Origin: an uncultured cyanobacterium
GTDB taxonomy: Bacteria > Cyanobacteriota > Cyanobacteriia > PCC-6307 > Cyanobiaceae
DNA length: 64,000 bases
NCBI GenBank assembly: GCA_963765575.1
Contig: CAVXWZ010000011.1
Span: 96,001-160,000, forward strand
Direction of reading: 5' to 3'
Each line of letters starts with the position of its first letter. Position 1 is the first letter of the stretch. The notes under the pieces are model-generated. The model did no database searches. It worked only from the letters and a program-made list of their open reading frames with translations, and was not told the DNA's origin. The position numbers and the translations under genes were made by a program. Positions 31,957 to 41,072 of this stretch are shown one piece after another.

Positions 31957-33266
31957 TGGCTTTGCGGGGCCAGGCACTGCTGCTCAGCTACCGCCTGCTG
32001 ACGCTGCTGCTCACCCCGGCGCTGCTGGTGCTGCTGGTGCTGCGCAGTTGCCGGGGGCGGGAGGAACCGCGGCGGCTCGGGGAGCGGCTCGGGGTGGCCA
32101 GCCGGCGCCGACCCGCCGGGCCGCTCGTGTGGATCCATGCCGCCAGCGTGGGCGAGCTCACCAGCCTGGTGCCGTTGCTGGAGGCCCTGGCCACGAGCTG
32201 CGCCGGAGCAGGTCGGGCGTCGCCGGCAGTGCTGGTCACCAGCGTCACCCGCACCGCGGCCCGCCTTGCCCCCAGCCTGCTGCCCGCCGGCGTGCTGCAC
32301 CAGTACGTGCCGATCGACCACTGGCTGGCCATGGCCCTGTTCCGCCACCACTGGCGCCCCGATCTGGGGCTGCTGGCCGAGGCCGAGCTGTGGCCCGAGC
32401 TGGTGCACGCCATGCCGGGGCCGCTGTTGATCAATGCCCGCGTCAGCGCCCGCTCCTACCGGCGCCACCGCCGGCTGCCCGGCTACAGCCGCTGGCTCTA
32501 TGGCCGCTGCCGGGCCTGTTTCGCCCAGTCGGCTGCCGACGCGGAGCGTTTGCAGTGGCTGGGGGCGCCGCCGGCCCGGGCGCTGGGGTCCACCAAGTGG
32601 GATGCGCCGCCGCTGCCGGTGCACGCCCCCAGCCTGGGGCGGTTGCGGCGGCTGTGGCCGCAGCGGCCCGTGCTGCTGCTTGCCAGCAGCCATGCCGGTG
32701 AGGAGGCGTTGTTGCTCGCCGCCTGGCCAGCCATTTGCCGTCGCCTGGGGCCGCAGCGGCCGGCGCTGCTGCTGGCGCCGCGCCATCCGCAGCGGGCGGT
32801 GCAGCTGCTGGAGCAGGTGCAGGCCTGCCTGCCGGCCGCCCAGCTCTGGAGTCGCCTGGACGCCTGGTCCCAGCTGGGGGCCGGGCCCGAGCCGGCGCTG
32901 GATGCTGTGGTGGTCGATGCCCTGGGCCTGATGGGCAGTTGGATCGCCGCGGCCGCCGTGGTGGTGATGGGCGGCAGCTTCCGGGTCGGCGGCCGCGACC
33001 TGGGCGGTCACAATCCCCTCGAACCCGTGCGCGGCGGCCGGCCCGCGGTCTGCGGTCCGGACATGGCCAACTTCGCCGAGGTGAGCGAGCAGCTGCAGCG
33101 CTCCGGTTGGCTGGTCCGCTGCACCAGCGCGGCTGAGGCCTGGGAGGCGGCGAGCGCCTGGCTGCTCGAGCCGCCCCAGCCCGGTGCCCTGCCGGTCCTG
33201 CAGGGCCCTTCGGAGCTGATTGCCGCCACCATCATGGAGCGCCTGCCGGCGCCGCCCTGGCGCTGA
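31956..33266 (+). CDS. waaA: 3-deoxy-D-manno-octulosonate (Kdo) transferase
   Basis: WIHAASVGE, EAELWP, INARVS, ASSHAGEE, LAPRHPQR, GGSF...GGHNPLEP, GPDMANF. Confidence 0.92.
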   Translation: MALRGQALLLSYRLLTLLLTPALLVLLVLRSCRGREEPRRLGERLGVASRRRPAGPLVWIHAASVGELTSLVPLLEALATSCAGAGRASPAVLVTSVTRTAARLAPSLLPAGVLHQYVPIDHWLAMALFRHHWRPDLGLLAEAELWPELVHAMPGPLLINARVSARSYRRHRRLPGYSRWLYGRCRACFAQSAADAERLQWLGAPPARALGSTKWDAPPLPVHAPSLGRLRRLWPQRPVLLLASSHAGEEALLLAAWPAICRRLGPQRPALLLAPRHPQRAVQLLEQVQACLPAAQLWSRLDAWSQLGAGPEPALDAVVVDALGLMGSWIAAAAVVVMGGSFRVGGRDLGGHNPLEPVRGGRPAVCGPDMANFAEVSEQLQRSGWLVRCTSAAEAWEAASAWLLEPPQPGALPVLQGPSELIAATIMERLPAPPWR

Positions 33267-34327
33267 TGCTGCTGGCCACGCCCCGTTTCTGGTATCAGCC
33301 GCGGCCCAGCCCCCTGGCCAGGTTGCTGCGGCCCTGCGGCTGGCTCTACGGGCTGGCGGTGCACTACCACCGGGCCCGCAGCCGGGCCTGGCAGCCGCCG
33401 CTGCCGGTGGTCTCGGTGGGCAACATCACCCTGGGGGGCACTGGCAAGACGCCGCTGGTGCGCGCCCTGGCCGGGGAGCTCGTTGCCCGCGGCTGGCGGC
33501 CGGCGGTGCTCAGCCGCGGTTATGGCAGTGGCCGCCGTGAGCCCCTGCGGGTGGAGGCGCGGATGGATGCCGCGGCGGTGGGGGATGAGGCCCTGGAGCT
33601 GGTGCGCGCCCTGCCCGCCGTGCAGGTGTGGATCGGCGCCGACCGGGTCGCCTCCGCCCGCAGGGCCCTGGAAGCGGGCGCTGACCTGCTGCTGCTCGAT
33701 GACGGCCTTCAGCACTGGCGCCTGAGCCGCGACTGCGACGTGAGCGTGCTCGATGGGCAGCGCCGCCTCGGCAATGGCCTGCTCTTCCCCGCCGGTCCCC
33801 TGCGCGAGCCGGCCGCCGCCCTGGCACGGGCCGATCTGCTGGTGCTCAGCGGTGTTCAGCCCGACTGCGCCGCCGCCGCCACAGCCGCCGCCGCCACAAG
33901 CGCCACACCGGCAGGCCTGCCCTGGCCCAGTGGCCGTCCCTGGTTGTCGGTCCCGGCCCGGCTGGAGCTGCCTGGGGGCCTGCGCCAACGCCCCCTGTTG
34001 GCGTTCTGCGGCATCGGCCTGCCAGAGAAGTTCTTCGCCGCCCTGCGCCGCGAGGGCTGCCGGCTGGTGGGCTGCCAGGCCTTCCCCGACCACCATCCCT
34101 ATGCTCGCTCCGACGTGGAACGGTTGTTGACACTGGCCCGGTCGCAGCGCAATGCCACCCTGGTGACCACGGCGAAGGACTGGCAGAGACTCATGGCCGT
34201 GCTGGCACCTCACGAGCGTGCCGCTGTCGTGCCGGTGGAGTTGCGCCTCGATCCGCTGGCCGTGACCCAGCTCACCGATTCGGTGCTGGCCGTTGTGGCC
34301 AGCCGCGGCTGGGGCCAGCGTGGCTGA
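33266..34327 (+). CDS. lpxK: Tetraacyldisaccharide 4'-kinase
   Basis: VSVGNITLGGTGKTP, LSRGYG, GDEA, LDDGLQH, PAGPLREP, FCGIGLPEKFF, FPDHH, TTAKD. Confidence 0.94.
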   Translation: MLLATPRFWYQPRPSPLARLLRPCGWLYGLAVHYHRARSRAWQPPLPVVSVGNITLGGTGKTPLVRALAGELVARGWRPAVLSRGYGSGRREPLRVEARMDAAAVGDEALELVRALPAVQVWIGADRVASARRALEAGADLLLLDDGLQHWRLSRDCDVSVLDGQRRLGNGLLFPAGPLREPAAALARADLLVLSGVQPDCAAAATAAAATSATPAGLPWPSGRPWLSVPARLELPGGLRQRPLLAFCGIGLPEKFFAALRREGCRLVGCQAFPDHHPYARSDVERLLTLARSQRNATLVTTAKDWQRLMAVLAPHERAAVVPVELRLDPLAVTQLTDSVLAVVASRGWGQRG

Positions 34328-35447
34328 GGGGCGGGAACTGCTGCTGGTGGCCGGTGAGGCCTCTGGAGATCTGCACGGCGGAGCCCTGCTGCAGGCGCTC
34401 AGGCGCCTGGCCCCGGATCTGGCCGTGGCCGGGGTGGGCGGCGAGCGCCTGCGGGCCGCCGGCATGGACACGCTCGTTGATGTCAGCAGCCTGTCCGCCG
34501 CCGGCGTGGTGGAAATCCTCGGCAGCATCCGCCGCCATCACCGGGTGATGCGCCTGCTCAAGCAGCGCATGGACCGCCGGCGGCCCGCCGCAGTGGTGCT
34601 GATCGACTACCCCGGCTTCAACTTGTTTGTGGCCCGCGAGGCCCATCGCCGTGGCATCCCGGTGTTCTTCTACATCGCCCCCCAGGTGTGGGCCTGGGGG
34701 CGGGGCCGGGCCCGGCGCATGGCTGGCTTCATTGATCGCCTGGCGGTGATCTTCCCCTTCGAGGAGGGCCTGTTCAATGCCCATGGCCGCGCCTTCGCCA
34801 GCTACGTGGGCCATCCGATCCTCGATGAGATCGAGGTCACCGCCACGGCGGCCCAGACCCGCCGCCGCCATGGCCTGGATCCGCAGCGGCCCTTGCTGGC
34901 GCTGATGCCCGGCAGTCGCCGCAGTGAGATCCGCCTGCTGCTGCCCCCCCTGCTGGCCGCCGCCGAGCGGTTGCGCCGTCAGGGCTGGCAGGTGGTGCTG
35001 CTGCGCGCCTCCACCATTGATCCCACCGTGCTGGAGCGTGAGGCCGGCCTGCGGCCGCTGCCGCTGCCCTGCATCGCCGGCGACACCGTGAACCTGCTGC
35101 ATGCGGCCGATGCCGGCCTGGTGAGCTCCGGCACCGCCACCCTGCAGGCGGCGCTGCTGGGCTGCCCCCACGTGATCGTCTACCGCTTCAACTGGCTCAC
35201 CAACCTGCTGGGCCGGCTGGTCACCCGCCACCGGGTGCTGGGCCTGCCCAATGTGATCCTCGGCCGGATGGCCTTCCCGGAACTGCTGCAGGAGCGGGCC
35301 AACGCCGATGAACTGGTGGCCGCCCTGCAGGCGTTGCTGGTCGATCGCCCCGGGGTGGAGGCCGCCATCGCCGAGCTGCAGCGGCGCATGGGCCCCCCCG
35401 GCGCCTCCGCCCGCGCCGCCGAAGTCCTGCTGGAGCTGCTGCCATGA
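34320..35447 (+). CDS. lpxB: Lipid-A-disaccharide synthase
   Basis: VAGEASGDLHG, LIDYPGFN, YIAPQVWAW, IFPFE, VGHP, MPGSRRSE, SSGTATL, LPNVI, PELLQ. Confidence 0.94.
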   Translation: MAEGRELLLVAGEASGDLHGGALLQALRRLAPDLAVAGVGGERLRAAGMDTLVDVSSLSAAGVVEILGSIRRHHRVMRLLKQRMDRRRPAAVVLIDYPGFNLFVAREAHRRGIPVFFYIAPQVWAWGRGRARRMAGFIDRLAVIFPFEEGLFNAHGRAFASYVGHPILDEIEVTATAAQTRRRHGLDPQRPLLALMPGSRRSEIRLLLPPLLAAAERLRRQGWQVVLLRASTIDPTVLEREAGLRPLPLPCIAGDTVNLLHAADAGLVSSGTATLQAALLGCPHVIVYRFNWLTNLLGRLVTRHRVLGLPNVILGRMAFPELLQERANADELVAALQALLVDRPGVEAAIAELQRRMGPPGASARAAEVLLELLP

Positions 35448-37270
35448 CGGGGTCTGCCATGAAGCGGGCCGCCACGCCACCCGCCAGCCCCGACGGGCCC
35501 ACCCCCGCCGGGTTCAGCTACCGCCGCCTGCTGGCCTACGGCCGCCGCTACCTCTGGCCCACCTACCTGCTGGCCTTCCTGTTCAACCTCGGCTACGGGG
35601 CCTCCACCGGGGTGGTGCCGCTGGTGATCCGCTACCTGTTCGACCAGGTGCTGCCCAGTGCCGATCGCAGCCGGCTTTACGCCGCGCCGCTGGCCATCCT
35701 GGTGGTGATCGGTCTGCGGGCCCTGTGCCAGTTCCTGGGGTCCTACCTCAGCGAAACGGTGGGCCAGGGGATCACGGCCGATCTGCGCGCCGATCTCGCC
35801 CGCCGGGTGATGGTGTTGCCCCAGGCCTACATCGATCGCGGCAGTTCCTCCGGCCTGATTTCGCGGGTGCTCAGCGACGTCACGCTGGTCAAGACCGGCC
35901 TCGTCGATGGGCTCACATCCCTGGCCAAGGACAGCCTCACCCTGCTGGTGCTGGTGCTGGTGGCGTTCTACCAGGACTGGCTGCTCTCCCTGGTGGCCTT
36001 CATCCTCTTCCCCCTCGGCGTCTGGCCGGTGCTGCGCTCTTCCCGCAAGGTGCGTCGCCACTCCAGCCGCGGCCAGTCGAGCCTTGCCCGCCTGGCATCG
36101 ATCCTGCAGGAGGCGCTGGTGGGCTCGCGGGTTGTCAAGGTGTTCGGCATGGAGGGCTACGAACTGGAGCGCTTCGAGCTGGAGAACCGCTCGGTGCTGC
36201 GCTCCGCCCTGCGCACCACCCGCGCCAAACTCGCCAACCAGCCCCTGATGGAGCTGCTGGGCGCGGTGGGCTTCAGTGCCGTGCTGATCTACGGCGGCGA
36301 GGCGGTGATCGCCGGCACCCGCACCACCGGCAGCTTTTTCGCCTTCCTCACCTCCCTCTACCTCTGCTACGCCCCGTTCAAGGGCCTCGCCAAGGCCAAT
36401 GCCGTGCTGCAGCAGGGAGTGGCGGCCGCCCGGGATGTGTTCGCCATCCTCGACACGCCACCCGATCCCGCCGACCCGCCCCAGCCACGGCCGCTGGTGC
36501 CGTTCGGGCGGGCGCTGCGGGCTGAGGCGGTGACCTTCGCCTACGACCAGGAGCCAGTGATCCGGGGTCTGGATCTGGAGATTCCCCGGGGCAGCACCGT
36601 GGCGCTGGTGGGGCCCAGCGGCGGCGGCAAGAGCACGATCATCGATCTCTTCTGCCGCTTCTATGACCCCAGCGACGGGCGCATCTGCATCGATGGCCTC
36701 GATCTGCGCGAGCTTTCGCTGGCCGCGCTGCGCTCCCAGATCTCGCTGGTGGATCAGAACACCTTTCTGTTCAACGACACCGTGGCCAACAACATCGCCT
36801 ACGGCCAGGGCTTTGGCTCCAGAGGCCCCCAGGCGGCGGGTCGTGAGGAGATTGTGGCGGCGGCACGGGCCGCCAATGCCCACGGCTTCATCGAGCAGCT
36901 GAGCGATGGCTACGACACCCTGATCGGCGAGAACGGCGCCATGCTCTCGGGGGGGCAGCGCCAGCGCATCGCCATTGCCCGGGCCCTGATCAAGAACGCC
37001 CCGATCCTGTTCCTCGACGAGGCCACCTCCGCCCTCGATTCCGCCTCGGAACAGGTGGTGCAGGAGGCCCTCGATCGCCTGATGGCCAACCGCACCACCC
37101 TGGTGGTGGCCCACCGGCTGTCGACGGTCGTCAATGCCGACCGCATCTGTGTGATCGCCGCCGGCCGGCTGGCCGAGTCGGGCCGCCACGGCGACCTGCT
37201 GGCTCGCGGCGGCATCTATGCCGGCCTAGTTTCGTCACAATTCGCAACCGCTGAAGCGATATCGCCCTGA
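35444..37270 (+). CDS. msbA: Lipid A export ABC transporter (MsbA-like)
   Basis: 6-TM exporter domain plus GPSGGGKST, LSGGQRQRIAIARAL, FLDEATSALD; context with lpxK/lpxB. Confidence 0.85.
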   Translation: MTGSAMKRAATPPASPDGPTPAGFSYRRLLAYGRRYLWPTYLLAFLFNLGYGASTGVVPLVIRYLFDQVLPSADRSRLYAAPLAILVVIGLRALCQFLGSYLSETVGQGITADLRADLARRVMVLPQAYIDRGSSSGLISRVLSDVTLVKTGLVDGLTSLAKDSLTLLVLVLVAFYQDWLLSLVAFILFPLGVWPVLRSSRKVRRHSSRGQSSLARLASILQEALVGSRVVKVFGMEGYELERFELENRSVLRSALRTTRAKLANQPLMELLGAVGFSAVLIYGGEAVIAGTRTTGSFFAFLTSLYLCYAPFKGLAKANAVLQQGVAAARDVFAILDTPPDPADPPQPRPLVPFGRALRAEAVTFAYDQEPVIRGLDLEIPRGSTVALVGPSGGGKSTIIDLFCRFYDPSDGRICIDGLDLRELSLAALRSQISLVDQNTFLFNDTVANNIAYGQGFGSRGPQAAGREEIVAAARAANAHGFIEQLSDGYDTLIGENGAMLSGGQRQRIAIARALIKNAPILFLDEATSALDSASEQVVQEALDRLMANRTTLVVAHRLSTVVNADRICVIAAGRLAESGRHGDLLARGGIYAGLVSSQFATAEAISP

Positions 37271-38838
37271 TGACCACTGCCCCCACCGCTCCGGCCCCCC
37301 AGTCGCCCGCCAGCTACGACCGCTCCGACTGGGCCAGCGCCTTCCGCAACGTGGTCAGCGAGCTCACGGCCGTGCCCCTCAGCGCGGCCCGGGGCAGCAT
37401 CCCGGACGAGCTCAGCGGCTGCCTCTATCGCAATGGTCCCGGTCGCCTGGAACGGGGCGGCCGCTGGGTGCATCACCCCTTCGACGGCGACGGCATGATC
37501 ACCGCCCTGCGCTTTGCCGATGGCCGGGCCCAGCTCAGCAACCGCTTCGTGCGCACCGACGGTTGGCAGGCCGAGGAAGAGGCCGGCCGCTTCGTGTACC
37601 GGGGGGTGTTCGGCACCCAGAAGCCTGGCGGTCTGCTGGCCAACGCCTTCGATCTGCGCCTCAAGAACATCGCCAACACCCATGTCGTCGGTCTGGGCGA
37701 CCAGCTGCTGGCCCTGTGGGAGGCGGCCGAACCCCACGCCCTCGACCCCCAGACCCTGGAAACCCGCGGCATCACCCTGCTGGACGGGGTGTTGAAGCCC
37801 GGGGAGGCCTTCAGTGCCCACCCCCGCTTCGATCCCGGCCACCACGGCGAACCCCGCATGGTCACCTTCGGCGTCAAGGCCGGCCCCACCAGCACCATCC
37901 GGCTGATGGAGTTCGCCGCCAGCGACCAGCCCGGTTCCAGCGATGCCGGTACCGATCCGGCCCCCGCCGAGGTGCGTGCCGGCCAGCTGCTGGCCGAGCG
38001 CCGTGACAGCTTCCGCGGCTTCGCCTTCCTGCACGACTTTGCGATCACCCCCCAGTGGGCGGTGTTCCTGCAGAACGCCATCGCCTTCAATCCCCTGCCC
38101 TATGTGCTCGGCCAGAAGGGGGCGGCCCAGTGCCTGGCCTCCAGGCCCGGCGAGGCCGGCCAGTTCTGGCTGGTGCCCCGACCCGGCACCGCCGCCGCCG
38201 AGCGCTATCCCCGCCCCCTGCAGGTGCGGGCCCCGGAGGGCTTCGTGTTCCACCACCTCAATGCCTTCGAAGACGCCGCCAGCGGCGAGCTGGTGGTGGA
38301 TTCGATCTATTACGCCGACTTCCCCTCCATCGGTCCGGGCACCGACTTCCAGGCGGTGGATTTCGAGAGCATTCCCGAGGGTCAGCTGTTGCGCTGCCGC
38401 ATCGATCTGGGCCGCGCCGAGAGCGAACCGGCCGACTGTGTGCGCCACGAATGGCTGGAGCAGCGCTGCTGTGAGTTCGCCACTGTCCACCCCGAGCGCC
38501 AGGGGCTGGAACCTCGCTTCGCCTGGATGGCGGTGGCCGAGCGGGAACGGGGCAATGACCCCCTGCAGGCGATCGAGAAGCTCGACCTGGTCAGCGGTGA
38601 GCGCCGGGTCTGGAGCGCCGGCCGCCGGGGCTTCGTGAGCGAGCCGGTGTTTGTGCCCCGGCCTGGCGGCGGTGCCGAGGACGACGGCTGGCTGCTGTGC
38701 GTGGTCTGGAACGGCGCCCGCTGCGCCAGTGATCTGGTGATCCTCAATGCCGCGGACATGGGCGAGCAGGCGGTGCTGGAGCTGCCCCTGGCGATTCCCC
38801 ATGGCCTGCACGGCAGCTGGGTGCCGGCGCAGACCTAA
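37270..38838 (+). CDS. Carotenoid oxygenase family (apocarotenoid cleavage dioxygenase)
   Basis: YRNGPG, HPFDGDG, FSAHP, LHDFA, FHHLNAFE, EPVFVP, EDDGW, HGLHGSW (four Fe-binding His). Confidence 0.93.
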   Translation: MTTAPTAPAPQSPASYDRSDWASAFRNVVSELTAVPLSAARGSIPDELSGCLYRNGPGRLERGGRWVHHPFDGDGMITALRFADGRAQLSNRFVRTDGWQAEEEAGRFVYRGVFGTQKPGGLLANAFDLRLKNIANTHVVGLGDQLLALWEAAEPHALDPQTLETRGITLLDGVLKPGEAFSAHPRFDPGHHGEPRMVTFGVKAGPTSTIRLMEFAASDQPGSSDAGTDPAPAEVRAGQLLAERRDSFRGFAFLHDFAITPQWAVFLQNAIAFNPLPYVLGQKGAAQCLASRPGEAGQFWLVPRPGTAAAERYPRPLQVRAPEGFVFHHLNAFEDAASGELVVDSIYYADFPSIGPGTDFQAVDFESIPEGQLLRCRIDLGRAESEPADCVRHEWLEQRCCEFATVHPERQGLEPRFAWMAVAERERGNDPLQAIEKLDLVSGERRVWSAGRRGFVSEPVFVPRPGGGAEDDGWLLCVVWNGARCASDLVILNAADMGEQAVLELPLAIPHGLHGSWVPAQT

Positions 38839-39452
38839 GCCAGCAGCTGACGCAGCTGCGGTTCCAGGGCCGCCAGGGCCCGCCCCCGGTGGCTGATCCG
38901 GCCCTTCAGGGGGCTGTCCATCTCCGCGAAGCTCAGGCCCACCTCCGGCACGAAGAACACCGGGTCGTAGCCGAAGCCGCCCTGGCCCCGCGGCTGCTCG
39001 AGGATCGTGCCCGGGCAGACGCCCTCCACCTCCAGCCGCACCCGGCCGCTGGCATCGGCCACGGCCAGGGCGGCAGTGAAGTGGGCCTGCCGGCCCACCG
39101 TTGTGCCCGTGGCTGCTGCTGCGGCCTGGGCCTGGGCCAGCTCCCGCAGCAGGCGTTCGATGCGGGCCCCGTCATCGGCGGCGTAGCGCGCCGAGTGCAC
39201 CCCCGGCGCGCCGCCGAGGCCGTCCACGCTCAGCCCGGAGTCGTCGGCGAGCGCCCAGCAGCCGGTGGCCTGGGCCACGGCCACCGCCTTCAGGCGGGCG
39301 TTTTCGGCGAAGGTGGCACCGGTCTCCTCCACCGCCACACCGCTGGGCTGGGGCCGGATCGTCAGGCCGAGGGGGGCGAGCAGCCGGCTGAACTCGCGCA
39401 GCTTGCCGGCGTTGCCGCTGGCGATCACCAGGGTGGGGGAGGCGGTGGTCAT
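38835..39452 (-). CDS. rdgB: Non-canonical purine NTP pyrophosphatase
   Basis: ASGNAGKLRE, ADDSGLSVD.L.GAPGV.SAR, GFGYDP, SHRGRA. Confidence 0.94.
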   Translation of the reverse strand: MTTASPTLVIASGNAGKLREFSRLLAPLGLTIRPQPSGVAVEETGATFAENARLKAVAVAQATGCWALADDSGLSVDGLGGAPGVHSARYAADDGARIERLLRELAQAQAAAAATGTTVGRQAHFTAALAVADASGRVRLEVEGVCPGTILEQPRGQGGFGYDPVFFVPEVGLSFAEMDSPLKGRISHRGRALAALEPQLRQLLA

Positions 39453-39497
39453 GGCGGCGGTCAGCTCAGGGCTTGCTGGCTCCAGGGGCTGGCCGAT

Positions 39498-40979
39498 TCA
39501 ACCGCCTTCGGCGAGCTCGCGCGCCCAGTGCAGCACGGCGGCCACCCGCTCGGCGCTGGGCGCCTCGCAATAGAGCCGCAGCAGCGGTTCGGTGCCGGAG
39601 AAGCGCAGCATCAGCCAGTGGCTGGGTCCCAGCCGCAGTTTCACCCCGTCGGTGCGGATCACGTCCTGCACCGGCTCCCCGGCCACCCGCTCCGGTGGGG
39701 CCTGGGCCAGCCGCTCCTCCAGGCGCCGGCGGGCCGCCATGTCGGCGAGCCGCAGGTCGAGGCGGTCGTAGCTGGCGGCACCACCGTGGGTTTGCTGGAG
39801 GGCATCAAGGCGCTGGCCCAGGGGCGTGCCGCCCTCCACCAGGGCCTCGATCAACAGCAGGGCGGCGAAGGGGGCATCGCGCTCGGGCAGGTGCATGCCG
39901 AAGCCCACGCCGCCGGATTCCTCGCCCCCCACCAGCACCTCACCGGTGAGCATCTCGGCGGCGATGTACTTGAAGCCCACGGGTTTCTCGAGCACCGGGC
40001 GGCCCAGGTCTTCAGCCACCCGCTGCATCAGGTCGGAGCCGCTCACGGTTTTGACCACCGTGCCCGGCAGCCCGCGGGCCCGGGCCAGGTGGTCGATGAA
40101 CAGGGGCATCAGCAGCTGGGTGCTGCAGAAGCGGCCCTGCTCGTCCACCGCCGCGATGCGATCCCCGTCGCCGTCGAAGACGATCCCCATCGCCGGCCGG
40201 CCGGCGGCGGTGCTGGCTTTCACCGCGGCGATCAGCTCCTGCAGGTAGGCGGCCAGGGGTTCGGGCGGATTGCCGCCGAACAGGGGGTCGCGCCCCGAGC
40301 GGATTTCCTGCAGCACGCCGCTGGCGAGGGCCGCCGGGCCGAGCAGGGCCGGCAGCACCCCCGCCGCCGAGCCATGCATCGGATCCACGATCACCGTGAG
40401 GCCCAGGCGCTCGAGCCCCGCCGCCAGGGGGGCGGGGTCGAGGCGGCCCCTGAGGCCGGCCACATAGCTGCCGAGGGCATCGAAGCGGTTTTCGGCGCCG
40501 GGGCTGGCCGGCGGGATCGGCACGCTGATGGCTCCGGCCGCCAGGCGCGTCTCGACCCGCTGGGTGAAGTCGCCCTCCACCGACCCGCCGAATGGGCCCT
40601 TGATCTTCAGGCCCAGCCACTCGGGTGGGTTGTGGCTGGCCGTGATCACCAGGGCGCCGAGGGCGCGTCGCTCCACCACCGCCCAGCTGGCGGCCGGCGT
40701 GGGCGTGGCGCTCTCGGCCAGCAGGGGTGAGAGGTTCACGCCCCGCACGGCGCTGCAGATCAGCTCAGCCAGTTCGGGGGCGAGGAAGCGGCGGTCGTAG
40801 CCGATCACCACCTCCCGGCTGTCCAGAGTGGCGGGGGCGGAGTAGGCGAGCTCGGCGGCCGCGGCCGCCGCCACCGGCAGCAGCCGTTCCACCGTGATGT
40901 CGACACCGAGGATGCCGCGCCAGCCATCGGTGCCGAACACGATCGGCCCCGGCGTCAGGGGCAGGGGGGCTGAAGCCAT
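39498..40979 (-). CDS. Phosphoglucomutase/phosphomannomutase
   Basis: FGTDGWRG, ITASHNP, FDGDGDR, GGEESGG, RFSGTEP. Confidence 0.94.
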   Translation of the reverse strand: MASAPLPLTPGPIVFGTDGWRGILGVDITVERLLPVAAAAAAELAYSAPATLDSREVVIGYDRRFLAPELAELICSAVRGVNLSPLLAESATPTPAASWAVVERRALGALVITASHNPPEWLGLKIKGPFGGSVEGDFTQRVETRLAAGAISVPIPPASPGAENRFDALGSYVAGLRGRLDPAPLAAGLERLGLTVIVDPMHGSAAGVLPALLGPAALASGVLQEIRSGRDPLFGGNPPEPLAAYLQELIAAVKASTAAGRPAMGIVFDGDGDRIAAVDEQGRFCSTQLLMPLFIDHLARARGLPGTVVKTVSGSDLMQRVAEDLGRPVLEKPVGFKYIAAEMLTGEVLVGGEESGGVGFGMHLPERDAPFAALLLIEALVEGGTPLGQRLDALQQTHGGAASYDRLDLRLADMAARRRLEERLAQAPPERVAGEPVQDVIRTDGVKLRLGPSHWLMLRFSGTEPLLRLYCEAPSAERVAAVLHWARELAEGG

Positions 40980-41072
40980 GGACAGCGGCGGCGGAACGCT
41001 CTGTGGTGGCCAGCATGCCCGAGCCAGGCCCCTCCGGCTGGGCTCGCCGCGGGGGCTGCCTAACGTGGCGCC

